Below are positions 37,221 through 48,098 of a stretch of 64,000 nucleotides of DNA, in pieces; within the stretch, counting starts at the first letter, position 1; the number at the start of each line of letters is the position of its first letter. The position numbers were made by a program, and so were the translations under genes. The notes under the pieces are model-generated. The model was not told the DNA's origin. It saw only the letters and a list, made by a program, of their open reading frames with translations, and did not search any database. This DNA comes from Brevinema andersonii (GTDB lineage: Bacteria; Spirochaetota; DYKD01), in the NCBI GenBank assembly GCA_020722765.1, contig DYKD01000008.1, positions 1,304 to 65,303 of the forward strand. Reading direction: 5' to 3'.

Positions 37221-39254
37221 ATGGCCGTAGGTGTATCAGGACTTTCATCAGACATTGACACGCAAGACCTCATCAACAAGCTGGTTGAAGTAGAAAAAAA
37301 ACCGCTCGCCCGGATGCAGGAAGAAAAAGAGATACTCAACCTTAAAGTTGAAGTTCTTGATGAACTGAACAAAAACCTCTCTATACTTAAGGAATCTTCT
37401 TACAAGTTATACGGATTGGAATCAGTATTCAGGGGAAAAAAGGCTTTTGGCGTGAATGAGGATTTCTTCACTGCTGTTGCCAATCCAAACGCCATACCTG
37501 GAAACATCAAACTTGAAATCATACAACTGGCTGCAAGCCACAGTGTGGCGTCTGCCCCTTTTCCAACAACTACTGAATTCAAAAAAGGCACTTTCCTGAT
37601 ACGCGTTGGAACAAACGAGAAAAGTATAGAATTTGACGGTGGCTCAGGAGAGCAACTCATCTGGTCCATCAACAAACAGGCAGGAGACTTAGTCGATGCA
37701 GGAATCATACAGGACACTGCAGATTCAAGTGTCCTCTCGCTTTCAGGGAAAGCCACAGGCAAAGACAATTACATCGACCTTAAAGATCCCGATGGGATTT
37801 TTTCAACAATTCCCCTGTTAAAAAAGAAAAAAAACTCCTCTTTTGATCTTGACCTTTCAACATTCAATATTTCTTCCCTTGAACCTTATGAAGGATATAA
37901 GACATCACTCAAGACTTTGGCAGGAAACGCATTTATTGACCAGAGTTCCTTGATCCTTGACAATTCTGCCAGAGAGATGACCATAGAAGAAACAAAGGCA
38001 GACATCAATACTGTCATGCAAGTGACATGGTTGATGAGGACAAAAACAAGAAAAATTGAAGAGAAAAAAGAAATCCAGAACAATACAGATTCCGAATCCC
38101 TTTTTTCCCGTATCTTTTCCGTTAAAGTGAAAGAGATTGAGATAAAGGGCGCTCCTTTTGCTCTCAATGTCCCTGAGGCAGAACCAGAAAATTCGACTGA
38201 AAAAAAACCTGTACCAAAAGAGAAAGAATCCGGAATTGGCATTGCCATGAAATCCGGAACTAAACGGATTGAAAAGCTTTTCCCCTTGGAATCCACAACA
38301 ACAGAAAAAACCGTTGAAATCCCGCTGGATAAAGGCTTTGACTCTTTCAACAGCATTATCTTCTATTCTGAAGATGATAATTCCGAACTTGTACTCAAGA
38401 AAGTCAGCATCATCAACAAGTCAAAAGGTGGAATGGAATTCGCGCAGACGTTCCAAGAACCAAAAAACTCATTATTCAAAGTCAACGACATAGATGTGGA
38501 ACGCTCAAAAAACAACAACATAGAAGACGTCTTAAAAAATATTTCCCTCAGCCTAAAACAGGTGACTGAAAAACCGCTCTCTTTCCATGTTGATTATGAC
38601 AAGGAAAAAATAGAGAACAATGTGACCCAGTTTGTGACAAACTACAACAAATGCCTGAACATGATGATGGATCTTCAGAAATCCAAGGAAGTGACAAAGC
38701 CTGGTGATTACGACAGGTCTGAAAGAGGTCTGCTTGCTGGAGACATTACGATCAACAACATCAGGAGCCGCATGCGAGCCATCATGATAGCCCCATACCC
38801 CACATCCATTTCCAACAGACTTGTCTTGCCCATGCAATTGGGCATTTCAACGGGTAAAGTCAACACTCCTATAGATGAAGTGAGATCTGGCTTTCTGAAG
38901 TTTGATAAAGAACTCTTTAGGAAGATTTTTGAAAGATATCCCCAAGCAACAGCAGAGCTTTTCGGTTCTGATACAGATGGAAATAAGATTATTGATAACG
39001 GCGTAGGATATACGATGTATGATTTCCTGATGAATGTGACACGTCCCAAATCGGGGATGGTTAACCTTATGGTAGATAAGATAAAAACAGACATTGATTC
39101 CAAGAAAAAGCAAATCAAGACAAAAGAGGACCAAATCGCTTCCTATGAGGAAAAACTCAAGGTACAGTTCCTGAACATGGAAAAGAACATGTCCGGCCTC
39201 AAGGCGCAGCAGAAATGGATGGATCAGCAGATGAACAACAAGAACAAAGATTAA
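37221..39254 (+). CDS. fliD: Flagellar filament cap FliD (long spirochaete type)
   Basis: VSGLSSDIDTQDLINKLVEVE, QLAASH, GLLAGD, C-terminal coiled coil. Confidence 0.9.
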   Translation: MAVGVSGLSSDIDTQDLINKLVEVEKKPLARMQEEKEILNLKVEVLDELNKNLSILKESSYKLYGLESVFRGKKAFGVNEDFFTAVANPNAIPGNIKLEIIQLAASHSVASAPFPTTTEFKKGTFLIRVGTNEKSIEFDGGSGEQLIWSINKQAGDLVDAGIIQDTADSSVLSLSGKATGKDNYIDLKDPDGIFSTIPLLKKKKNSSFDLDLSTFNISSLEPYEGYKTSLKTLAGNAFIDQSSLILDNSAREMTIEETKADINTVMQVTWLMRTKTRKIEEKKEIQNNTDSESLFSRIFSVKVKEIEIKGAPFALNVPEAEPENSTEKKPVPKEKESGIGIAMKSGTKRIEKLFPLESTTTEKTVEIPLDKGFDSFNSIIFYSEDDNSELVLKKVSIINKSKGGMEFAQTFQEPKNSLFKVNDIDVERSKNNNIEDVLKNISLSLKQVTEKPLSFHVDYDKEKIENNVTQFVTNYNKCLNMMMDLQKSKEVTKPGDYDRSERGLLAGDITINNIRSRMRAIMIAPYPTSISNRLVLPMQLGISTGKVNTPIDEVRSGFLKFDKELFRKIFERYPQATAELFGSDTDGNKIIDNGVGYTMYDFLMNVTRPKSGMVNLMVDKIKTDIDSKKKQIKTKEDQIASYEEKLKVQFLNMEKNMSGLKAQQKWMDQQMNNKNKD

Positions 39255-39273
39255 CATCAAAGGAAAACAAAAC

Positions 39274-40269
39274 ATGAACATCTATGTCAACGGCGAAAAG
39301 ATTGGATTTCAACTTGAAGGCGAAAAAAACTGTTACGACATCGCCATAGGCATACAGAAATGGGCAGAAACCCAGAACAAATTTTTAAGACAGATCATCA
39401 TAGAAGACAAGACCTACTATCAACCAAAAGAAGAACTGAAAAATATACCTGTCACAGAACAGACTGAAATAGGATTTACTGTGGTAAGCGCTGAAGTCCT
39501 TGCCTTAGAGGCTTTGAACGACACATTGACCTTTTTCACCAATCTCCGCAATCTGGACAAGGAAAATGTCACAGTCAAGGATGACCTGCCTGATGTCATC
39601 CAATGGTGTTCAAATGTCATAGCAAAATCAAAAATCATCATGAGACTTGATTATAACACACCCATAGAAGGAACAACCATCAACACAGAACTAGGAAAAC
39701 TGGATAATTTTATCGAGAAACTCAAACAAATGAAGGGACATGCTCAGGTCGACATAAAAAAAGCGATCCTGTCCGGAATAGACATTCCCTTATGGGAAAA
39801 AATTCTTACACAAGTCGTTGCAGAGGCTAAAAACAACGTGCCTGCAGAAAAGGCCAGTATCGAACCATCTGACATCATAAGAAAACTTCAGGCTGACAAT
39901 CTGGAAATCCCTGAAATCGTCATCAAAATAGAAAAAGTCTCTTCTGAATTGCATACAGGAAATGATGCTGAAGCCATGCAGAAATTGAACGAGATCAGCC
40001 AACGACTGGCGCAGATGATCCAGCACCTTCAGCTTTGCGACACCTTGATCCAACCAAGCATCGGTTCTATGGTCATTGACGAAGTGCGAACTGTAGGAGA
40101 CGAGCTTCTCCTCATGACTGAAATCTTCAAACAGATCATAGAAGGGTTTGACAACAAGGACATCATACTCATCTGCGACCTTCTGGAATACGAGCTTTCC
40201 CCGAAACTGCAGACACTTTCCCGCATCAATGAACTTGTCATCATGAAACTCAAGGAAAGCTATCACTGA
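39274..40269 (+). CDS. Hypothetical helical protein in the fliD operon
   Basis: MNIYVNG start, C-terminal D..LICDLLEYEL; 19 bp after fliD. Confidence 0.65.
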   Translation: MNIYVNGEKIGFQLEGEKNCYDIAIGIQKWAETQNKFLRQIIIEDKTYYQPKEELKNIPVTEQTEIGFTVVSAEVLALEALNDTLTFFTNLRNLDKENVTVKDDLPDVIQWCSNVIAKSKIIMRLDYNTPIEGTTINTELGKLDNFIEKLKQMKGHAQVDIKKAILSGIDIPLWEKILTQVVAEAKNNVPAEKASIEPSDIIRKLQADNLEIPEIVIKIEKVSSELHTGNDAEAMQKLNEISQRLAQMIQHLQLCDTLIQPSIGSMVIDEVRTVGDELLLMTEIFKQIIEGFDNKDIILICDLLEYELSPKLQTLSRINELVIMKLKESYH

Positions 40270-40277
40270 CACTTTCG

Positions 40278-42110
40278 TCAAGACCTGATATCCATGTCCT
40301 TCATATTCAAATTGAAATAGGTCTGCCCGTTTTTTTCCTGTATGGAAACGATGACAACCATGTCCACTGACTGACCGACCAGCACTTTTTTTTCGAACTT
40401 TTCCATATCTTTGATTCCGAAAAAATTCTCTGGCTCCCATAATGTAACCGAATTCCTGAACAGATCATCCGAAGAGACAATACCGATTTTCAGGAAATGC
40501 CTAATCTGATTCCTGTTCTTATCATAGTATGTATTCACAAAAATATCATTGATGCGGACGTTTTCAAGCATAAACAGTGGTGGTTCATTCGCTTGTCCGA
40601 ACGGTTCTAGCTGTGCTAAAAAATTTCCATAGTCAGGACGCGCTTCCTCGAGACCAAGAACAGCGTCTATCTCCAGAGTTGGAACAAGCATTTCTGAAGT
40701 GATCTCTTTATCTGCCAGGGTTTCCAGATCCCTGACAAAGGATTCGAACAGCTGGAGCTTCACGCTCATTCCTGCTGCACCAGCATGCCCCCCCCACTTC
40801 TCATAATATTTTTTGGCCTCCAACTGCTTTAACAGATCGAATAGGTTCAAACCATCAACAGAACGGGCAGACCCAACAGCCATTCCTGAGACCCTGTCCA
40901 AAGAAAAAATGATGGTTGGCTTGAAAAAGAGCTCTGCGATCTTTCCAGCCACGATACCACGGACACCCTCATCAATCCCTTCACCAGAATAAATGATGAT
41001 TTTTTTTCTTGCATACGTGATATTTCCCCGAACCTCCTCTTCGATACGACGGCCCAATTCATCTTGAATCTTTTTCCTTTTCGTATTCATCGTCTCAAGT
41101 TCAGAAGCAAGCTGTTCCACTTCATGTTCATCCTGGCTGATCAGAAGCCTTGTTGCTAGAGACGCATCTCCAACCCTACCTGCAGCGTTAAGTCTGGGAA
41201 CAATGCCGTGGGATACCGCTTTTGAAACGATCGGCTGTTCCATATCACCGGAATATTTCCTTATGAGACGGAGACCTTTGTTCATCCCTTTTTCACCTGA
41301 AATGACCGTATCCAGAATCCTGAATCCAGCCTTGACAATGGTACGGTTATCATGAGAGAGCGGAACAATATCACCGACAGTACCAATCGCAGCGAGCTCC
41401 AAAAATGCTCCCATCTTGAATGAACCCGCTATTCCAGGATCAGATCTGGCAAGAGCGAGGACAAGACAAAACGCCACTCCCGCACCTGCCCAAGACTTGA
41501 AAGGATAATCAAAATCATGACGCTTGGGATCCAGAACAGCTACAGCGGAAGGCAAAACATCTGGAACTTCATGATGGTCAGTTACAATCACATCAACACC
41601 TTGATTAAGAGCGGATTGAACCTCTACCACATCACTGACACCACAGTCAACAGTAATGATAAGGGTAGCTCCCAGCTTTACAGCTTCCTGTACTCCATCT
41701 GAATTGAAACCGTATCCTTTTCCAAATCTTGAAGGCTGATAAGTATGTACAGCAATTTGAGGATAATATGTCTTAAAATAGTTATAGATGATTGAAATAG
41801 AAGTGATGCCATCACAATCATAATCACCAAATATCAGGATCTTCTCATCCTTCTTTATAGCAGTCCTTATCCTGTCAACAGCCCTGTCCATATCAGGAAG
41901 CCTGAAGGGATCCATGAAATCAGCAGGTGAAAAAGTCTTAAAACTTTTCAGGAAGAGTGAGATACTTTCAACTGAACCATATCCCCTGCCTGCGAGAAAC
42001 CTCACCTGGTTGACTGTCAGTGAAATCCCGGACTTAACCAGATCCTTTCGGAGCGCATCTGCCTGTTCAATCGATATCTTGTCAAACCTTTTATGCCACC
42101 GGTATTTCAA
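40278..42110 (-). CDS. recJ: ssDNA exonuclease RecJ
   Basis: GDYDCDG, ITVDCG, TDHH, PRLNAAGR, GSARS, GGHAGAAG, LEPFGQAN. Confidence 0.95.
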   Translation of the reverse strand: MKYRWHKRFDKISIEQADALRKDLVKSGISLTVNQVRFLAGRGYGSVESISLFLKSFKTFSPADFMDPFRLPDMDRAVDRIRTAIKKDEKILIFGDYDCDGITSISIIYNYFKTYYPQIAVHTYQPSRFGKGYGFNSDGVQEAVKLGATLIITVDCGVSDVVEVQSALNQGVDVIVTDHHEVPDVLPSAVAVLDPKRHDFDYPFKSWAGAGVAFCLVLALARSDPGIAGSFKMGAFLELAAIGTVGDIVPLSHDNRTIVKAGFRILDTVISGEKGMNKGLRLIRKYSGDMEQPIVSKAVSHGIVPRLNAAGRVGDASLATRLLISQDEHEVEQLASELETMNTKRKKIQDELGRRIEEEVRGNITYARKKIIIYSGEGIDEGVRGIVAGKIAELFFKPTIIFSLDRVSGMAVGSARSVDGLNLFDLLKQLEAKKYYEKWGGHAGAAGMSVKLQLFESFVRDLETLADKEITSEMLVPTLEIDAVLGLEEARPDYGNFLAQLEPFGQANEPPLFMLENVRINDIFVNTYYDKNRNQIRHFLKIGIVSSDDLFRNSVTLWEPENFFGIKDMEKFEKKVLVGQSVDMVVIVSIQEKNGQTYFNLNMKDMDIRS

Positions 42111-42119
42111 AAAGAACCT

Positions 42120-43175
42120 CTAATCCAACTCTTCAACAACAGCTGTTTCAATCTTATATTTTTCCTTAATCATGGAAAGAACATTCTCTGCCTCATCCTC
42201 ATCTGAATACCTGCCAATCCTGACCATGTAAACATATTTCCTCTTCACTTTTTCAACCTTATAAAAGACAGGGAAACCGTCTTTCTTAAGTGCCAACCTG
42301 AGATTATTCGCAGAACGCGCATCATCATAGCTTCCCACAGTCACACAATAGGATGATTGAGAGGTCTTGTTTGGAACATATCCTGTCTGTCTGACATCTT
42401 TCTGCAAAGCAGGATTCTTTTTCTTTGAAACATTTTTCAGACGAGGAATAGAAAATTTGGCAAGTTCAGAATCAGGAAATTCCTTTATGACTATACCGTA
42501 ATACCTCTCTGCTTCAGAATAATTCCTGACATGAGCATAGGATTCAGCAAGATAAAAACAGGCTTCAAGCCGGACATCACTGTCAACATAATCCTTGACT
42601 GCACGCTTATAGTTGGTAATGGCAGAATAATATTTCTTCTGTTCAAAAGAAAGATCTCCCAACCTCAAAGCAGCCATAGGCTGATAGGAATCATGAAATT
42701 TGCTTTTCAAAGTCTCCCAAAAAAAATACTCAGCCTTTGCATATTCCTTCCTAAAAAAAGCGATGTTACCAGCCCAATAATAGGAAGCAGGCCTAAATTT
42801 GCTTTTGACGAAATTTGAACCTATTGTAAGAAAGGCCTTCATTGCTTCAGTATAATTATTATGAAGATAATAAAGGCTTGCCAACTTATACTGGATCCGA
42901 TCCGGCTCAGGGTAATCAGGATAGGAGGAGAGAAGATTCTTCAACATGACAAGCGAATCGAAGTAATCCGAATTCCTGTCAATGATGGCGAGCGAGGCAT
43001 CCACAATATACCTGCTTTTTGGATGCTTGGTCTTGAGTATTTCCAAAGAAGAGTCCGCCACAGGAAAATTCCCTGAATTTAAAGCCCTCATGACATTGCT
43101 GAACAGCACTGTTTCCTGCGCATGAAGCGAAAAAAAAGATGATAGAATAAAAATAAAAAATACCGACTTTTTCAT
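42120..43175 (-). CDS. Exported TPR + SPOR domain protein
   Basis: Signal peptide, TPR array, C-terminal VTVGSY...A..L...L...Y.VRIG. Confidence 0.8.
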   Translation of the reverse strand: MKKSVFFIFILSSFFSLHAQETVLFSNVMRALNSGNFPVADSSLEILKTKHPKSRYIVDASLAIIDRNSDYFDSLVMLKNLLSSYPDYPEPDRIQYKLASLYYLHNNYTEAMKAFLTIGSNFVKSKFRPASYYWAGNIAFFRKEYAKAEYFFWETLKSKFHDSYQPMAALRLGDLSFEQKKYYSAITNYKRAVKDYVDSDVRLEACFYLAESYAHVRNYSEAERYYGIVIKEFPDSELAKFSIPRLKNVSKKKNPALQKDVRQTGYVPNKTSQSSYCVTVGSYDDARSANNLRLALKKDGFPVFYKVEKVKRKYVYMVRIGRYSDEDEAENVLSMIKEKYKIETAVVEELD

Positions 43176-43187
43176 TAATATCCTGCC

Positions 43188-43577
43188 TTAACCCTTGATG
43201 AACTTAAGGAAAACCCTTCCTGCCAGAAGCCCTAAAAAGGCACAAGTAATTCCAAGAAAATTTGTTAGCAAGATGTTTCCTGCGGCTGCTGTCATTTCGC
43301 CATCCCGCATGAGATTGAGGGTTTCAAGACTAAAAGTTGAAAAAGTGGTATATGCCCCCAGAAAACCAATCATCATCAGTGCACGGAAATCCCTGCTGAT
43401 AAAAGATTCCTCAAAAAGAATGAAAAGAAAACCAATAATAAAAGAACCTGACAGGTTCACAATCATCGTTCCCCAAGGGAAAAGAGTGGGAAGCCTGGAT
43501 TGGACAGCTTTGACAACAGTGAAGCGGGCTAGAGTGCCAAAACTTCCTCCTACAATCAAAAAAAAAACCTGTCTCAT
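43188..43577 (-). CDS. crcB: Fluoride channel CrcB/FluC
   Basis: GG..G..AR, PWGT..VN..GSF, GFLGAYTTFSTF. Confidence 0.95.
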   Translation of the reverse strand: MRQVFFLIVGGSFGTLARFTVVKAVQSRLPTLFPWGTMIVNLSGSFIIGFLFILFEESFISRDFRALMMIGFLGAYTTFSTFSLETLNLMRDGEMTAAAGNILLTNFLGITCAFLGLLAGRVFLKFIKG

Positions 43578-44773
43578 TTTTTATTCATCGCTTCAGCGAT
43601 TTTCCTGCCGTAAGCCCTGCATTCTTCCAAAGCTTTTTCATCCGGATTCCAGCTTGCACGTAAACCCTCTGTTACAACTTCAAATCCAGCATGCGTCAAG
43701 CCTTCATTAAGAAGCTTGACAGATTCACCACTCCAGCCATAACAACCAAACGCGGCTGCTTTTTTCTGCTTGAATTTCATACCACGGGCTTCTTCCAAAA
43801 TCGCAGCCATGGAAGTGAGAAAGCCATTGTTCAAAGTGGGAGAACCAAGAACAATTCCTTTGGACCTGAATATGTCGACAATCACATCATTCTTGTCTGA
43901 ATGAGACATGTTCATAACCTTGACAACAGTAGAAGGAGATGCCTCTTGTATGCTCTGAGCGATCACTTCCGCCATCCTGCGTGTGCCATTCCACATCGTA
44001 TCATAAATGATGGAGATCCTGTCTTCCTGATAGCTATCAGCCCATTCTATATATTTTTTTACAACCTGCATGGGATCCTTGCGCCACAAGACACCATGGC
44101 TTGGACATATCATTTCTATAGGAAGATTCATGGCAGTCACTTCAGCAAGTTTTTTAGTGACAAACCCACTGAACGGAGTCATGATATTCGCATAATATTT
44201 GATGGTTTCTTCCATCAGCTCTGCCTGATCCACAGTATCATTGAACATGGATTCAGAAGCGAGATGCTGTCCAAATGCGTCCTGACTGAACAGGATATTG
44301 TCGCCAGTCATGAAACACATCATACTGTCTGGCCAGTGAAGCATTGTCATCTCAACAAAAACAAGCTCTTTTCCATTTCCCAAAGGAAGCCTGTCACCTG
44401 TCTTAAGGATTTTTAAATTCCAGTCCTGATGATACTGACCCTTTAAAGACTTGACCGCATTGGCTGAACAATAGATGGGAGTATCAGGAATATGACGCAT
44501 GAGTTCAGGCAAGGAACCGCTGTGATCAATCTCGCCATGGTTTGCTACAATAAAATCAATTTTGGAAAGCTCTATCTCTTTCTGGAGATTAGAAACAAAC
44601 TCCTTAGCGAAAGGCATCCACACAGTGTCAATAAGGACATTTTTCTCTTCCTTGATGAGATAGGAATTATAGGTGGACCCTTTTCTTGTGGAATACTCGT
44701 CACCATGGAACTTACGCAGTTCCCAGTCAATCTTACCGACATAACGGACATTATTCTTTATTGTAAAAGCCAT
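43574..44773 (-). CDS. fprA: Flavodiiron protein (FprA-type O2/NO reductase)
   Basis: GSTYNSYLI, NHGEIDHSG, LHWPDSM, DAFGQH, flavodoxin YDTMWNGT and FGCYGWSGE. Confidence 0.9.
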   Translation of the reverse strand: MAFTIKNNVRYVGKIDWELRKFHGDEYSTRKGSTYNSYLIKEEKNVLIDTVWMPFAKEFVSNLQKEIELSKIDFIVANHGEIDHSGSLPELMRHIPDTPIYCSANAVKSLKGQYHQDWNLKILKTGDRLPLGNGKELVFVEMTMLHWPDSMMCFMTGDNILFSQDAFGQHLASESMFNDTVDQAELMEETIKYYANIMTPFSGFVTKKLAEVTAMNLPIEMICPSHGVLWRKDPMQVVKKYIEWADSYQEDRISIIYDTMWNGTRRMAEVIAQSIQEASPSTVVKVMNMSHSDKNDVIVDIFRSKGIVLGSPTLNNGFLTSMAAILEEARGMKFKQKKAAAFGCYGWSGESVKLLNEGLTHAGFEVVTEGLRASWNPDEKALEECRAYGRKIAEAMNKK

Positions 44774-44953
44774 ATGACCTCCTAATGACATACCGAAACC
44801 TTAATCCATACTGATATAATATAATTTAAGTCAAAAAGCAATTTAGCCTTATTCTTAAATAATAAACACAGATTCCTGATGTGTCAAATTGAAAAAGAAA
44901 GAAGATTTTTGTTTCTGGAAAAAAAGAAAAAAAACGAACCAGAAAAAAAATCT

Positions 44954-45751
44954 TTATGGGGGATTCTTAAGATCAGACTGAGACAATTTCTTGTTGGCTT
45001 TCCGTTTCAACTTTGCATTTACCCTCCCCGTTTCCAAAAGTTCAGGATAAGGATTTCGAGGGGTCATATTGCCTCCATCGAACTGGATGCATGCATAATG
45101 GAGATGAGTGATGGATTTTTTCTTATATGCATTAAGTCCGGACCTGCCGATGGTTCCCAGCTTCTGGCCTGCGGTAACAATCTGCCCAATTGCAACAGAG
45201 ACATCATGAAGATGGGCATAATAGAGGTATTCCTGCTTGTGCGGATCGAGAACCCAGACATAATTCCCACCACGAAGATTGGTCTGCGCAGGAACCCATC
45301 CCGTATTGATGGAAACAACGATTCCATCTGAAGTGGAAAGCACATTCACAAAATCCTGGAGAAGGTCACATTTGCCGTCAAAGTTATTATCATAGACAAA
45401 AATATCATGGGCAGTATGGCTGGCTCTTCTGGTATTGTCATAAAACCTGAAATACTTGGCGCCATAATAACCACTTCCGTTCAAACCACCAATATCTTCA
45501 TGAGTGTGCGCTTCGACAGGGAAGACAAAACCCGGCGCATTTTTTGACTTGAATTGTTTATGGTTTGTACAAAAAGACATCAACCTTGAATGGACTGATA
45601 CCATCTGATTACGTGCTTCTTCAGGTTTTATGGCATTGTCACGGATTTTGATTTCCAGAAGATGCCACTCGTCCCAAGGTTTGACACTGTTCACTGAAAG
45701 CAGGCTGAATACTGTCACAAGCAGGAACAGCGCATAAAGTCTGAACCCCAT
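44954..45751 (-). CDS. Exported M23 family peptidase
   Basis: Signal peptide from MGFRL; HTAHD, GGNYV, YYAHL, V..GQ.V..GQ.LG..G.SG, HLHY. Confidence 0.8.
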   Translation of the reverse strand: MGFRLYALFLLVTVFSLLSVNSVKPWDEWHLLEIKIRDNAIKPEEARNQMVSVHSRLMSFCTNHKQFKSKNAPGFVFPVEAHTHEDIGGLNGSGYYGAKYFRFYDNTRRASHTAHDIFVYDNNFDGKCDLLQDFVNVLSTSDGIVVSINTGWVPAQTNLRGGNYVWVLDPHKQEYLYYAHLHDVSVAIGQIVTAGQKLGTIGRSGLNAYKKKSITHLHYACIQFDGGNMTPRNPYPELLETGRVNAKLKRKANKKLSQSDLKNPP

Positions 45752-45752
45752 C

Positions 45753-47420
45753 TCAGTACCGCCTTTGCCTACTTCTTTGTGAAGGTTTAGCATGCTCCAC
45801 AAGAGACCTACTCCCTTTCTTTTTTTTATTAAAAGCATCAATGATCACTTCAGCATCGTTAAAAGTGACAGTGACAAAAGAGAATGAATCACGGACCATC
45901 ACATCACGGATTCGGGATGCAGGAACACCTGTCTCTTTTTCAATGAGCTCGACTATATCCTTTGGATGCATGTTCCTGTTCCGGCCCATAGCCACAAAGA
46001 GCCTTGTCGTACCGCTGTCATCAACACCGACACCTGAAATATCATCATAGATACCGCGATCAAGATGCTTACCATAATGGATTTTCAAAAGACCTGCAAC
46101 AACATCTGTCGGATTTCGTTTTCCAACAAGCTCCTTGGCCATTTCTTTCATATCGGAAAAATCATTTTTCATGGAAAGGTTAATCTCATCAATGATACGC
46201 ATCCTGCGATTCTTCAAAATATCTTCAACCTTTGGCAAGCTCTGTTTTTTTATGTCCGCATTGGCAAAAGCCTTGATAGAAGCCAGCTTCCTATATTCTT
46301 CAGGTGTGACAAAAGTAATCGCTTTTCCCTGTTTGCCTGCTCGTCCTGTCCTCCCAATCCTGTGTACATAGGATTCCGGATCCTGAGGAAGTGAAAAGTT
46401 GATAACATGTGTCAAATTGGAAATATCAATTCCACGTGCCGCAATATCAGTAGCTATAAGGAGAGCCATCTTCTTACGTTTGAACTTTTCCAAGACACGT
46501 TCACGCTGTTGCTGCGTAATGTCTCCATGCAAAGCTTCCACATCATAACCACGGTCAATCAGTCGCTTGGAAAGTTCTGCTGTATCATTCTTGGTCCTGC
46601 AGAAGACAAGTCCGTATATCTCCCGTTCAGAATCGATGATACGGCAGAGGGCTTCCAGCTTGTCACGGTCATCGACCTCGAACCAGATCTGGTCTGCAAG
46701 ACTTGTTGTGAGCTGGTCGTTTTTCATGACAAGAAACTTATAATCCCTCATGAAATTACGGGCAAGGTTGAGAATAGGTTCAGGCATAGTTGCGGAAAAC
46801 AAGAGGACCCTTTTCTGACGGTTTGTACGGGAGAGTATAAATTCAACATCAGTGAGAAAGCCCATATTGAGCATCTCATCTGCCTCATCGAGGATCATGT
46901 GCGATATCAAATCAAGCTTCAATGTACCACGGTTAATATGGTCAATGACACGGCCAGGCGTACCTACAACAATATCTATTCCACGCTGGAGCTGTCTGAT
47001 CTGCATCTCAATGGATTGCCCGCCATAAATAGGATAGATGGAAAGTAGCTTGTTTCCACGTATGGAGCTGATTTCTTGTGCTACCTGGATGGCAAGTTCC
47101 CGGGTAGGAGTGAGAATGAGCGTCTGTACATGCTTCATGTTTGGTTGAATTTTTTCAATCAAAGGGATGCCAAAAGCAGCAGTCTTTCCGGTTCCTGTCT
47201 GAGCTTGGCCTACAATATCACAGGATTCGTTCATAAGCACTGGAATGACTGCTTCCTGGATAGGAGTCGGCTCTTCAAATCCTTTTTTTTCCAAAGCCAG
47301 AAGCATTTCTTCAGAGAGTGAAAACTGCCTGAAACGGGAATCTTTCTTTTTGTGGGATTTCTGCCTATTCTTTAGGGCAAATACCTTTTTTCCAAATCTG
47401 AAAAGTTGTAATATATTCAT
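45753..47420 (-). CDS. DEAD-box RNA helicase with DbpA RNA-binding domain (DeaD/CshA-like)
   Basis: Q motif, AQTGTGKT, PTRELA, DEAD, SAT, HRIGRTGRAG. Confidence 0.94.
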   Translation of the reverse strand: MNILQLFRFGKKVFALKNRQKSHKKKDSRFRQFSLSEEMLLALEKKGFEEPTPIQEAVIPVLMNESCDIVGQAQTGTGKTAAFGIPLIEKIQPNMKHVQTLILTPTRELAIQVAQEISSIRGNKLLSIYPIYGGQSIEMQIRQLQRGIDIVVGTPGRVIDHINRGTLKLDLISHMILDEADEMLNMGFLTDVEFILSRTNRQKRVLLFSATMPEPILNLARNFMRDYKFLVMKNDQLTTSLADQIWFEVDDRDKLEALCRIIDSEREIYGLVFCRTKNDTAELSKRLIDRGYDVEALHGDITQQQRERVLEKFKRKKMALLIATDIAARGIDISNLTHVINFSLPQDPESYVHRIGRTGRAGKQGKAITFVTPEEYRKLASIKAFANADIKKQSLPKVEDILKNRRMRIIDEINLSMKNDFSDMKEMAKELVGKRNPTDVVAGLLKIHYGKHLDRGIYDDISGVGVDDSGTTRLFVAMGRNRNMHPKDIVELIEKETGVPASRIRDVMVRDSFSFVTVTFNDAEVIIDAFNKKKKGSRSLVEHAKPSQRSRQRRY

Positions 47421-47523
47421 AGGACAGAAGATAATGTTTTATAAACGATTTGTCCTATTTTTCGCTTTCTATTCCGCTATATAATCACTCATATTGCCTG
47501 ATATCTGAAATATCATAACAAGA

Positions 47524-47952
47524 CTAAATACCTGATATGAACCCTACAACTCGTTCCTTTATCTGGTCACGAATCTTCCGGATAGTTTCAAGCACTTCAC
47601 TCTCACTTCCTTCAGCTTTGGAAGGATCAGGAAAACCCCAGTGAAGCCGTTTCCCATTCCCAGGAAAGATGGGACATCTTTCTGCTGCTTCCTGATCGCA
47701 TACAGTAATGACATAAGCAAAATAACGATTTTGCTTGTAGAAATCAAAGACACTTTTTGTCTTTGCCGAGGAGATATCAATACCATCTTCTGCCATCAAT
47801 TTCACGACTGTCTGGTTAAGGACGCCTGGTTCAATGCCTGCGCTTTCTGCAGAAAAACGATCGCCTGCCAGACGATTCAAGTAAGCCTCAGCCATCTGGC
47901 TACGTGCACTGTTATGGATACATACAAAAAGGACTGAAATCTTTTCACTCAT
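47524..47952 (-). CDS. arsC: Arsenate reductase, LMW-PTP fold
   Basis: CIHNSARSQMAE, ITVCD...CPIFPG, HWGFPDP. Confidence 0.9.
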   Translation of the reverse strand: MSEKISVLFVCIHNSARSQMAEAYLNRLAGDRFSAESAGIEPGVLNQTVVKLMAEDGIDISSAKTKSVFDFYKQNRYFAYVITVCDQEAAERCPIFPGNGKRLHWGFPDPSKAEGSESEVLETIRKIRDQIKERVVGFISGI

Positions 47953-48063
47953 AATGAACTCCTGTTGATTCTATTTTTCAAGATTACATCAGTTCTGTTA
48001 AGATTTCGTTAAATTCATCCTATTCTATCTTTTTTTTCTTGACTATACGCAACCAAAAATCCA

Positions 48064-48085
48064 TATATAAGGATATCCTTATATA
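48064..48085. promoter_or_regulatory. Perfect 22-bp palindrome, likely ArsR operator
   Basis: TATATAAGGATATCCTTATATA overlapping the -10 region of a TTGACT promoter, 13 bp before arsR. Confidence 0.7.
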
Positions 48086-48098
48086 ACGGAAAAACCAA

